A stretch of 64,000 nt of DNA from Azolla caroliniana (Eukaryota; Plantae; Polypodiophyta): the NCBI GenBank assembly GCA_043228905.1, contig JBHGNT010000004.1, forward strand, positions 16,182,001-16,246,000. Reading direction: 5' to 3'. The notes beneath the pieces are model-generated. The model was not told where the DNA came from and ran no database searches. It saw only the letters and a list, made by a program, of their open reading frames with translations. Numbering within the stretch: position 1 is the stretch's first letter; each line of letters opens with the position of its first letter. This document shows, piece after piece, positions 37,701 through 48,839 of this stretch. Position numbers and translations under genes: made by a program.

Positions 37701-40700
37701 GCTTGCATTTTCGCCTTCACTTATTCATAGATTCAATTGGCCTTCAGTATTTTTCTCCTTTGGATCCTTGGGAATTGTTTGGTTCTTGATGTGGCAACGC
37801 TTTGTAAGTTTCTCATTGTTCTTTAAATCAACTCTGTTATGTACACAATTGCTTTTTGATCGGTCTAAAAAAGTTTTAGATGTTTTTTTAGGCATCAAGT
37901 TCTCCTCTTGAAGATCCGGATATAAGCGACGAAGAAAGGATCCTACTTTTATCTGGTGCCAATACAAGCAATGAACCTGTTACTGACATTCCATGGAAGC
38001 TCTTGCTATCAAAGCCGCCTGTTTGGGCGCTAATCATAAGCCACTTTTGTCACAATTGGGGCACCTTTATTCTCCTCACATGGATGCCTTCATATTATTG
38101 CCAGGTAATGCTTACACAAGGAAATTTTGTAGTTTTTTTATATCTATGGGGGACCTAAATAAAACAAAGTCACGATATTAAGACTTATATAAAAGTACTT
38201 TAAAAAAATCAATTGTGAAGAGCTCAATGTATGTATAGACTCAATATGGAACTGACAAAACTGTTCTTAAGACTCATGAAATGTGAGTGCCTTATTCTAG
38301 AGACTCAACTGGAAGAGGTATGACCACATTCAATGAGGTAAGATTTGCATTTCTACTACTCACTTAGCTTTTGTGGGGTTTTCTTGTAACCCCTTTGACC
38401 ATATGTATGTTTTAAGGTTTCAGGTCAGTGTTATTCCTCAGCATTCTTGTATGGATGCATGCAATTTGTACATGACACTATGCATGCATTGTATATAGCA
38501 CTATCATATTCTAATGTTGGCTTTTATGAGGACATGTTGTTCGGACGTTTGTTTTAGATACTGTGTTGCATATAATGTGAATCTGGATTTTTCTTGGGAA
38601 GGCATTGATTTATGAAGGTGTAGCTTTTTCCTTTGTCAGGTACTAAAATTCGATCTCGCAGAGTCAGGATTTTTCTCTGTTCTCCCGTGGTTCACTATGG
38701 CATTATCTGCTAATCTTGGTGGGTGGATTGCAGATTCACTTATCAGCAAAGGAGTGTCAGTGACAACTGTTCGTAAGGTAATTCAGTTAGAAAATGCAAG
38801 TATTAAAAAATCGAATCGATATCTTAAATATTTTTGCAAATGATCAAAATTGCATAGTTTTGCTATTTATTCCTTTTATATGCAAGTAAGACCTAGTAAA
38901 TATATGCAGTTTAATTTCTTTTTAATTTTGAAAAGAAACTTTCAGTCTCCATAGTAAATAGGTTATTTCAAAAGAAATTCATAAACAAAACAAAGCTAGC
39001 TTAAAGAGAAACTGGGGAGAACAAATAAAATACAAAATGCATGAATGCTCAACAGCCCCTTATATTCTGTTACCTGTTATGTGAGTTCACAGACCATGAA
39101 TATACATAGATTTCAAGGAATTACTACAATATTCCTGGCTTTCCAAAATACGGCACTGGGGTATCATGGTAATTTTCTGAAAACCTAGGGGTATTCTGGT
39201 AGATATCCAAAAGTAGGGGATATTTTTGTGTATTTCCCTGCTTCACATATAATTATTTCCATGGTAACCAAGGGTATCCCGGCAAACAATTGTAATTCTA
39301 AATTTTATAAAAAGATATAATGATAATTTTATTATTATGATTAATAGGTAATGCAAACTATTGGATTCCTTGGTCCAGCCTTCTTCCTTACTCAACTTAG
39401 CCATATCACATCCCCTACTCAAGCTGTTTTATGTATGATGTGTTCTCAGGTGAGTGTCAATTGTCATGACTAATTCATCAATTCCCTAGTACCAAACCTA
39501 ACCAGAAATGGCTAAATTGATTGATTTACATCAAAAGACTTATGTTGTATGTAATTCATTGAAACATATATTTGTCTTCCAGGGAACTGATGCATTTTCC
39601 CAGTCCGGTCTCTATTCCAATCACCAAGACATTGGTCCACGCTATTCGGTAAATAGTGTCTCTGATTCTTTCATCAATTAATTGTGTTGAATTTTTGTTT
39701 TGACAAAATCACAATATTGTAATCTAGGGAGAAAAACTGCAAGTCCCCTAACTTGTTGGCTATTTACCAAACCCGTCATAACTTACCACAATACCAAATT
39801 TATATTTATATTATGCACTTCATATTCTCCATAACGTTTTGAAAATATATGGATATTCTATAAAGTTCTGAAAAGAAGCAGGTTTTCTTGTAAATATGGG
39901 TATTTTTGTGTTGCCTTGAACTTTTATTTAAGGAAATTCATATAAACCACATGGTTTGTTTTCCCCAGGGTGTCTTACTTGGGCTATCAAATACAGCTGG
40001 TGTTTTGGCTGGCGTAATTGGTACTGCGGCAACTGGATACACCCTCCAGCATGGTATGTTTCAATATAACATATGCACAAGAGAAAAGTTGCAAACATAC
40101 GAAGGCATTTTTTTATTTTCTTAATTTTGAGTCATATATTGGGAATTATGGTATAGGTATGTGACATTTTGTTTTTTGCACTTTTTTTTACCCCTGCTAG
40201 ATATTATAGTAAAAATTCTCATATGAAAAACCACCAGCATTCACCCAAAGTTTTCAAAAAGGACCACCGCTACATGGATGTTTCTGCTAATCTGAAAAAA
40301 CGTTTAGCAATACTCTTGTAAATATCATAAACTTAGGGGCAACAAATTGAAATCAGATTCTTGCTGTCTTGAGGACATAAACGATTGATCTTTTACGTAT
40401 GCATATGTAAACGAATTATGACCATGAAAGCAAATGCGTTTTTTCATGTAGAGAAGGATGCTATATTTACAGGGTATTTTCGAAGTGACATCGATAAAGG
40501 GTGTGTTTTAAATAATGGAATTTACAGAAATCGGAGTTTCAGTCTAGGCCTGAAATGCACATGATATCGAGAGTTGACATATAGTGTACCCCTGAGTTTA
40601 CGCCTTAGACAGTCCTGTAAAAGGAGTTTGGTTCGTAAGATTTCTTAAATAAAAGGTCAAATTCCAGTGATAGCTTTGCTGGATTGCCGTGGTATTCATA

Positions 40701-41030
40701 GGGTCATGTTTTCGTATGCATGTCCGCGTGAATAATTTGTAGTTTGTGAGATTTCGTTTTAATCATATGTATCCTCAAAACATATTTACTACTGAAAAGG
40801 AAGAAAAGAATGTCCCTTTTTGTAAAATAAGACGGTAAGTTTTTTCATTTTGTATTTATTTTTGTTCCGAGTGTGATTGATCTCAGTTTCTTCATATATA
40901 ACGATGGTATGTGATGATATAAATTGATGCAGGGAGTTGGGATGATGTGTTCAAAGTTTCAGTTGGGTTATACTTATGTGGGACTGTTGTATGGAATTTG
41001 TTTTCCACGGGGGAGCAGATTTTTGACTAA
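34531..41030 (+). CDS. PHT4;4: Plastid anion/phosphate transporter of the PHT4/ANTR (SLC17, MFS) family, most like PHT4;4/ANTR2 (ascorbate transporter); 11 exons, ~595 aa
   Basis: GT-AG exons 34531-34579, 35367-35923, 36187-36294, 36784-36939, 37588-37803, 37892-38104, 38640-38777, 39348-39449, 39583-39648, 39969-40053, 40933-41030 sum to 1788 nt in frame; motifs LCNMDRVNMSIAILPM, GVAMPAMNNLLSRWIP, SHFCHNWG, YSNHQDIGPRYSGVLLG, GSWDDVF; long transit-peptide-like N-terminus. PHT4;1 is the alternative paralog. Confidence 0.93.
34722..34752. repeat. (AT)n microsatellite in intron 1
   Basis: Uninterrupted AT run. Confidence 0.95.
34955..35300. repeat. Degenerate ~55-60 bp minisatellite in intron 1
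   Basis: Recurring TGATATAT..GAAT..ATAGT.GAATCAT blocks, about 6 copies. Confidence 0.6.
35367..35923 (+). CDS. PHT4;4: PHT4 exon 2
   Basis: TTGCAG acceptor; ends PKRWIIVFLCFFAFLLCNMDR/GTAAG. Confidence 0.88.
36187..36294 (+). CDS. PHT4;4: PHT4 exon 3
   Basis: VNMSIAILPMASEFQWDHTTVGLVQSSFFWGYLLTQ, AG/GT bounded. Confidence 0.93.
36784..36939 (+). CDS. PHT4;4: PHT4 exon 4
   Basis: IAGGILADSIGGKQVL...MGVGE, AG/GT bounded. Confidence 0.93.
37007..37260. repeat. Three-copy 90-bp tandem repeat in intron 4
   Basis: GGTGATAATCAC at 37039, 37129 and 37219 with similar flanks. Confidence 0.85.
37588..37803 (+). CDS. PHT4;4: PHT4 exon 5
   Basis: GVAMPAMNNLLSRW...WQRF, AG/GT bounded. Confidence 0.93.
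37892..38104 (+). CDS. PHT4;4: PHT4 exon 6
   Basis: ASSSPLEDPDI...HFCHNWGTFILLTWMPSYYCQ, AG/GT bounded. Confidence 0.93.
38640..38777 (+). CDS. PHT4;4: PHT4 exon 7
   Basis: VLKFDLAESG...VTTVRK, AG/GT bounded. Confidence 0.93.
39348..39449 (+). CDS. PHT4;4: PHT4 exon 8
   Basis: VMQTIGFLGPAFFLTQL...CSQ, AG/GT bounded. Confidence 0.93.
39583..39648 (+). CDS. PHT4;4: PHT4 exon 9
   Basis: GTDAFSQSGLYSNHQDIGPRYS, AG/GT bounded. Confidence 0.93.
39969..40053 (+). CDS. PHT4;4: PHT4 exon 10
   Basis: GVLLGLSNTAGVLAGVIGTAATGYTLQH, AG/GT bounded. Confidence 0.93.
40933..41030 (+). CDS. PHT4;4: PHT4 exon 11 (terminal)
   Basis: GSWDDVFKVSVGLYLCGTVVWNLFSTGEQIFD then TAA. Confidence 0.93.
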
Positions 41031-43337
41031 GAGCTAGAAGATCATCATGCAGCATATCAACCTCTTATTTAGAAGAGATCAACAGTCTCTTGGACTGAAT
41101 CGTAACATTACTCAAGGTTTATTTACATGAAGTTGGAGTGGCATGGTCTCTTCTGAATGTATTTGGGGCATGCCTGCTGTTGCTTCGTTTGTTGTACATT
41201 ACTACGATCCGTTATGACTTCCTACGCAGCATCGGGTCCTTGTTCCACCCAGTAATGTAAGAAATCCATTAAAACTGTTAGCAATTTGTCGACATTGTTG
41301 TAAAATTGAGCAAGCAAATGGGGTTACATTATTTACTAGTGCTACCTCTGTATAGAGGTGAGGCGATCTATAGTTTTGAAGAAAGCCTAGTTTGAAAATT
41401 GATTGTAAAGCCGATATTTCAAGATTAAAAAGAATGTTGTATAATAGCTGTATTAACCATTGAGATTTTATATTTGGAAAGAATGTTGTCATTCTGATGT
41501 TTTCTTTATTATAAACTGCCCATGTGCATCTATTTAAATTAAATCGTTAATTTGTTTATTACCTAGTTCCTTTGCCTTATCGTTCCCTGTCCTACTGTTG
41601 GGTTAAATTCATCTTCTTCCTTGTGGATACATTCACATCATAATAACTTTTTAGTTAGAATGTATTGCATTCTTGGGTTGGAAATCTTAAATGTGATGAA
41701 AATGCACCAAAATATTGTCATGATGAATATTTTAAAAAAGGTCAGTTTATTCAATATATCTTTAATGTCATTTTTACTAAAACTAACTTAAGGTTGCACC
41801 ATATCTTGTGGATCATGTAATGTCTTTGTCGTTACATTTGCATATTGTTTTTCTATGTCCAACCCACCTTAACTCGTGGAAGTTTGCCATAATTTCTTGT
41901 AGTGTTATTGAAGTACCTACCTAGTACTCATATGGGACATCCACTCAGACTCTTCGATTGTCTTCATTCCTTCCACATTTGCCTCTTCATCTTCTTGAAC
42001 TTTGATGTTCTACTTGTGCTTGCCTTCCAATCTCAAGGATCAAGGACATTGCCCACCTTCCCCACCTTCGTAGTAGACTTCCTCTTGGAAGTTGACCCAA
42101 GGACATCAATCTTGTCTCATTATTAACGTGAATAGGAACTATAGTAGAGCCATGACATTTCACACTCAATCAAACGAGCTAGGTATTGAAGTTGCATTAT
42201 GCCATCAAAATTGATTGAATATAAAGGCATGCAAGAAGGTATGTGAGGAAGGGCTAGAGTGGATGAGTATCACTTAGCTTTTTACATGTGCAATTCATGA
42301 AAGCTATGATGACATATTAAGAGGGGTTTATAACTTGAATGTAACACTAAAGTGAACACCTACTAGAATATTGAGTCAAAGGCTTTGTACTATAAATATT
42401 CCATTCTTAGGGAGGAGAGACACATCATGAAAACAGGCTTACTTAGATCCCTTCAGCTATGAAAGTGTAGGTGATAGAAAATGACATAGACAAAGCAATG
42501 GAGCATGGAGCAGATGAGCAATGGAGTCTATGTTGGATTTTGAAAGTGTAGGTGGTGGCGATCCACCTTTGTCCAACCTTCGAGGTAGGGATTTTATTCT
42601 CTCCGGGATCCAACTTTGTGAGGTGTGGGTAGGCTTTATGGTGGGTTATACGAATGCCCTTGTAGTCTTGTCCTTTTCCACTCTTACTAAACTACACGAC
42701 CAATCTTATTGTTTTGGATCCAAACTTGTGTGATTTGGCAAGTCTTTGACTTGTTGACCCCTTGTTGAAAAGAAGGTGGGCTTTACGTTTGGTCAGTTTG
42801 TGTAGGGAATGGATTTGGAGAGGCATGTGCTCGATAAGTTGTTCTTTGTACTTGGCTCCCTATGGGTAAGCAGAACTGCATGGCTCCTTTGTGCCAACCT
42901 TGTGCTTTCGTTAGAATTTTGTAGACGCGCCACAAGTCTATTTAATATTTATTTTTCCCTTTAACGAATTTTCCATGAACAATGACCCACTCTAGTAGTT
43001 TAATATTTCTTAGGGATTGGTGTGGTGGTTGATGGGATTGCAGATTGCGGGTCAACGATTTCCTGAGTTTTTCGTTTGGGTATCCATTGCAAGGTCATGG
43101 TTTTATGTGCTCACGACATCATTTCTTCTTGTGGTGTTTGGAGGTGTGAGAGATTCTCTATTGCTTGAGAGAAGACTATTATGTCCTTAAGGGAGGTGTT
43201 TGAGGCTTCTATGGAGCTCATAACATGTCCATTAGATGCGTTGGTGACTCTTTCATCCTTGACGCCTTCATTGGTTGGGAAGTAGATTGCACATCTTTTA
43301 GGTACAATCAAAATAAACCTCAAGCCCGACTTGATTG

Positions 43338-46300
43338 TGTTGAGAAGCAAGCTCAACAAAGGTATGTGATGCTTTGAGAAATAAGCTAAAGTAGCTATTA
43401 GCTAATTAGCTACTAGTGGACATAAAGGTGAAACAACTATTTAGCTACTGACAACTAATTAGCTGCATATATAAGTCACTTATATACTTAGGTAAAAAGT
43501 AAGTGTAGTGAGAGTAAGAGAGTAGTTGTAAAAACAGAAAAACAGACAAGAGCAAGTTGAGCTCTGCGTGTAATGGAATAGAAGCTTTTTGGTTTGCTAC
43601 ACAAAGGTAAGTCTCCTTCCCCTTCCTTTCTGTCTTGAGCACTAAACGATCCATCACATCACGATCCGTTGTGCACACAGAAGAGCCGTAGTGCCTTCGT
43701 CTGTGAAGTTAACCCTAATTGAAAGAGAGAATGGTTGTTGAGAATGGAAGCCAAATAGTCACAGAAAAGCTGGATAAAAACAAATTCCCGGTGTGGAAAT
43801 TCAGAATGACAAATTTCTTGATGGGAAAAGGATACAGGGATTACATTGAAGGAGACCTAGAAGAGGCTCCAGAGATCCCTGAAGAAAATGCAACTACTGC
43901 AATGATTAAAGCATTTAAGGAATGGAATCAAGGGGCAAGAAAGGTATTGCATTGGTTGTCACTTAGCATCTCAGATTAGATGCTTGGACACATACAAGAT
44001 GCTATGCTTCCAAAAGAAGCTTGGGACAATTTGGTAAAACTGTTTGCAGTGAACACAAAGGCTAGAAAGCTTCTGTTGAAAACTGAGCTAAATACCTTGG
44101 AAAAATGTAAGATGTCAGTGAATGAGTATGCTCTGAAAATAAAGAGCATATGTGAATCACTTGCTTCTATTAATGTGAAGGTAGAAGATAATGATAAGGT
44201 GGAAATATGCTTAAGAGGCTTAGGACCTCAATATAAAAGCTTCAAAACATCTATTCTCACAAGGGATAACATCCCAAATTTTCCAGATTTGGTTTCAATG
44301 CTTGTAGTGGAAGAAAGAAATCAGATGGATGATGTAAACAAAGGAAACTTTGAGATTGAGGGGCAAGCCCTCTACAATAGTGCTGGAAGAGGCCGGAGAA
44401 GAGGCCATGGAAGATTTGGTTCAGCTAGAACCAACAAAAATTATCAAGGAAGAGGAAACAAGTTGTAAGTGGAAGAAACAACATCAGAGGTAGGGGGAGC
44501 AATCGAGGTAGAGGTAAGCAAACTCATTTGAATGATGATGGTTGTTGGTATTGTGGAAAACCGGGCCATACACAAGCTGAGTGCTATAAAAAGCAAAATG
44601 ATGAAAAAAGAGGGAAGGGACAACAAAATAATTATGCCTCAACTAGTGAAGACTGTGATAAAGATGGTGCATTTGTGGTACAACATCAAACAACAACAAT
44701 GACTGAATGTTCACAAAGATGTAGTGAAGAGTTTATGTAGTATGTAGATTCTGGGGCATCTAATCATATGAGAAGACATAAAAACTGGGTTGAAAGTCCA
44801 AGAGAACCAAAGATTCCTGGTTATGTACAAATAGGTGATAAAACCACCCATACAATCGAGCATGTTGGAGATATCCCATTGTGGGAACAAAAAGGAAAAA
44901 CAAAGTATATGTTGAATGTTATGCATGTGCCAAACCTTGCAAAAAATCTGATTTCTGTGGGACAGATAATGGAGCAAGGAATGCAAGTTAAGTTTAGCAA
45001 AGTGGATGCTTTATAAAGAAACATGGAAAACTTATTGCAAAAGGAAAATGTCAAGGAAGAATGTTTGTGTTAGATGTGGATATGCCAAAAAAATTACAGC
45101 CATGTTTGCAGAAGGAATGAGTGTAATCTCAGATGTAGAAATGTGGCATAAAAGAATTGGTCACATAAGTATGCAAAACTTGAAAAATATGTTGAGGAAA
45201 AATGCAGTGGCTGGACTACCTACGTTAAAAGACTGTGAGTTGAGGAAAATATGTGAAGCATGTCAATATGGAAGGCAAAACAGGTTGCCTTTCCCTCATG
45301 AAAGACATGTAAGCAAAAAATTGTTGGATTTGGTACATACAGATGTATGGGGACCAACAAAAAATGCATCAATTAGTGGATGTAAGTTTTATGTAACATT
45401 TATTAATAATTCCTCAAGGAAAACATGGGTTTATTTCATGAAAGAGAAAAGTGAAGTATTTGATTGCTTCCGTAAGTTTAAATGCATGGTAGAAAAGCAG
45501 GTTGGAGATAAAATAAAATGCCTAAGATCTGATGGAGGAGGAGAATACTTCTCAAATGAGTTTTCTGATTTTCTATGTAATCAAGGAATAAGGAGACAAT
45601 TTACATGTAGATATACTCCACAACAAAATGAGGTTGTTGAGAGAAAAAACAGAACTCTGGTGAACATAGCAAGAGCAATGATGACAGAAAAAAATATGTC
45701 ATTGTATTACTGGGCAGAAGCTGTAAACACAACAAACTATATCCTAAATAGATGTATAACATCTGGAGTCAATGAAGTAATTCCTGAAGATTGTTTCTAT
45801 GGCAGAAAGCCGAGTTTACGATACTTAAAAGTGTTTGGATGCCTTGCCTATGTTCATGTACCTGCTGAAGTGAGAAGTAAGCTTGATCCAAAAGCTGAAA
45901 AATGTGTTTTTGTTGGATATTCAGGGGAGCAAAAAGGGTATAGATGCTATAACCCATTGACAAAAAAGATTGTGGTAAGTCGGGATGTAATATTTGATGA
46001 GTTGGGCAAGTGGTATAGCCCAAAAGAGAATGTAGAAACTAATGAAGACAGTGAAAATGAAGACAGAGAAAAATCTAAAAATTGAAGAGATTGCCATGGA
46101 GATGGAAACAATGTTGGACAACAAAGTTCCACAACAATGGAATGTACTGGACCATCTGGAAGCTCAGGTAGCAAAACTGAATCTAATGCATGGAGTGGAA
46201 AAAATGCAAGACAAAAAATATGATGATAAAAAGGGAAAACAGAAGATGCCAAAATATGAAATCCTTGATGATGGATATAGAAACATGGAAGATGTACATT

Positions 46301-46610
46301 TAAATACATCATTGGATGATGAGCTTGGTATACGAGCCTTGAAAATCCATGGTATGGAAAAAGCAATGAAGGATGCAAACCAGAATCTGAGAAGATCAAA
46401 TAGAGAGAAAAAGACTGTTGAAAGATTAAGTTATGACACATACATGGCTAAGCATTATGCATACATGTCTAAAATGGTACAAATTCCTGATCCAAATAGT
46501 TTTGATGAAGCAAAACCTGATAAGAAATGGGTGAATGCAATGCAAGAAGAAATAGATGCATTGCTTGAAAACAGAACATGGGATTTGGTAAAGTTACCGA
46601 AAGGAAAAAC
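43338..46610 (+). mobile_element. AT-rich Copia D2: 5' LTR, gag, PR, IN and RT start; PBS deleted; interrupted by F
   Basis: LTR from TGTTGAGAAGCAAGCTCAACA at 43338 matches the D1 LTR; ORFs 43719-44468, 45006-46085 and 46042-46638 match D1. Confidence 0.92.
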
Positions 46611-46699
46611 TGTCAAGAGCTCGACCCATATAACATAAGTTCATGGGTTTGAGTCTTGCCATATCATGACACTATCTCCCCCTTAAGACGATGAGTGGA

Positions 46700-46895
46700 A
46701 CGAGTCGGCGCTGATTGCGGATCGGGTTTGTCCGGATACTTTTGGTGGAACTTAGCAAGAAGATCCTGAGCATTGACGACATGCTCGACGGGTTCCCAAG
46801 TACGTTCGGTCAAACTATAGCCGAGCCAATCGACCAAATAATAAAGTTTATTGCGAACAAGTTTGGAATAGAGGACGGCAACAACTTCATACTCC
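46700..46895 (-). other. Chromodomain at the integrase C-terminus of F
   Basis: EYEVVAVL..YYLVDWLGYSLTERTWEP; aromatic cage residues Y, W, Y retained (group I type). Confidence 0.88.
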
Positions 46896-46914
46896 GGGCC
46901 GGCTTCCAACTCAA

Positions 46915-46937
46915 GGGGGGGGGGGGGGGGGGGGGGG
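46915..46937 (+). repeat. G23 homopolymer
   Basis: 23 consecutive G in the proline-rich integrase-chromodomain linker. Confidence 0.95.
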
Positions 46938-48175
46938 TGTAACACGATCGGGAATAGTGTTTGATTTATTCAAGAAGAGAGCTATGGAAAACCGGATGTA
47001 TCTGAAGATGAGGAGAGAGATCAAGGAGGAACGTGACATCATTAACCTTACTAGTAATACAGAAAGGACCGAGTCGTTGATAATCCAACTTGTCGCATGG
47101 TCGAGTAGTCTTGATGTGATAACGTAAGAGCCATCCTCGATCTCCGATGGCAAAAGAGGGGGGAAGCCGATGACGATCTGCATAAGTCTTCTATGTGTGT
47201 TGAGCATGACGAAGATGAGTAGAGAGATCCATCTGGATCTTGCGTAGCCTCTCCAAATGATCCTCGGCACGAGGATTGGTAGGTAGCTCCGGGGTGTCGA
47301 TCACCGACCAACGAGGATGAGAACCGGTATAAGCGTAAAATGGGGAGACTCGAGTTGAGCAATGAACAACATTATTATATGCAAACTCCACAAAGTGGAG
47401 AATCTCGGCCCAATCGTCCCGTTGATAACTCAAAAAACATCGGAGATATTGTTTCAGCATTTGGTTTGTTCGTTCCGGCTACTCATCGCTCTGGGGATGG
47501 TAGCTGGAGGAGAGGTTGCAACAGACCTTGAGCATCTTGAAGAGATGCTGCCAAAATTTGGAGACGAATTGAGGTCCTCGGTCACTGATGATACTGTCTG
47601 GGAGGCCATGATGCCAAAATACGTCACGCATGACAAGATCGGCGGTTTCCTCGCTAGTGATGGACTTAGTACACGGCACAAAATGTGCCATCTTAGTATA
47701 TTGATCGACGATGGTTAAGATAGCTTCGAACCCCTTCAAGACTAGCAGATCTATGATAAAATCAAGACAAATAGACTGCCACGGCTTACTTGGAATCAGT
47801 AAGGGTTCCAACAAGCCATATGGATGGTGTCGGGGAATCTTTGCTCGGCAGCAAGCATCACAAGGCCGAACGTAGTCGTCGACAAAACGTCGCATATGGG
47901 GCCACCAAAAAGATCGTTGAACGAGATCCAATGTCTTAGTACTACCGAAATGTCCCGCCGTATGGGTGTCGTGGCAATTTTGGACGATTTGAAGGCGATA
48001 GGAGCAATTGGGGACATATACAAGATTTTTAAAGAATAACAAACCATCATGATATTTGAATTGTCGATAGTCCATACCTGGTTGTTGTGATTGGGAACAG
48101 GATGCCCGAGAGGTATCAATGTGCACCAGAATGTCTTGAGCAAAACTGTCTGTCTTCAAGTTCGCACGTATGGCA

Positions 48176-48808
48176 TGTTGGGATTACGGTCCCTCCGGAT
48201 GGGATGGTCAGATGCCCGGGAATCGGGAATGAAGACCCCGGCTACGGAGCCGGATGACGAAGACCCGGTTTCGGATCCGGATGATGAAGACCCCGGCTAC
48301 GGAGCCGGATGATGAAGACCCCGGCTACGGAGCCGGATGACGAATGTACCCGGAGAGAGATCCGGATGCGGGGACATATTTGTGAATATGTTTGCCAAGG
48401 GCCCTCGTGGCTATATTTGTAAATAGCCCGAAAGTCATATGTGTATAAATATGACTTAGGGCAAACAGTTTTGTGGTTGTTGCTCATTTTCTGTTTTCCA
48501 CTTAGAGGGAGCGAAGTGAGAGCAGCCGAGAGAGAGAGAGAGAAAGGAAGAGGTCGACGCCTCTGTGTAATACCGCCGCCTGTGCGAGGACAGCGAGCTC
48601 AAGGTCGTCGCCTTGTAGCTCGCCATTGTACATTCCCTGCGTATAGTGATAGTTGGAGTCTTGCACTCCCGTGGTTTTTCTCGTCTAGGGTTTTCCACGC
48701 TAAACCCTGTGCATTTGAGTCTCTCTTTGTGTCTGCGATTTATTTCTGCATTGATTCGTGTTTCCTCGGTTGTGGCCGAGAGAATTGGAAAGCGTCCATT
48801 TCTTAACA
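48176..48808 (+). repeat. B3 5' LTR (633 bp) with four ~27-bp tandem units
   Basis: TG...CA; unit GAAGACCCCGGCTACGGAGCCGGATGA. Confidence 0.95.
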
Positions 48809-48839
48809 ATCTGGTATCAGAGCGACTGCAGTGCAGAAA

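Noticed and set aside
41850-43337. Short ORFs downstream of the gene as genes or a definable element
   Set aside because: No recognisable motifs or termini; probably old TE debris, but it cannot be assigned by eye
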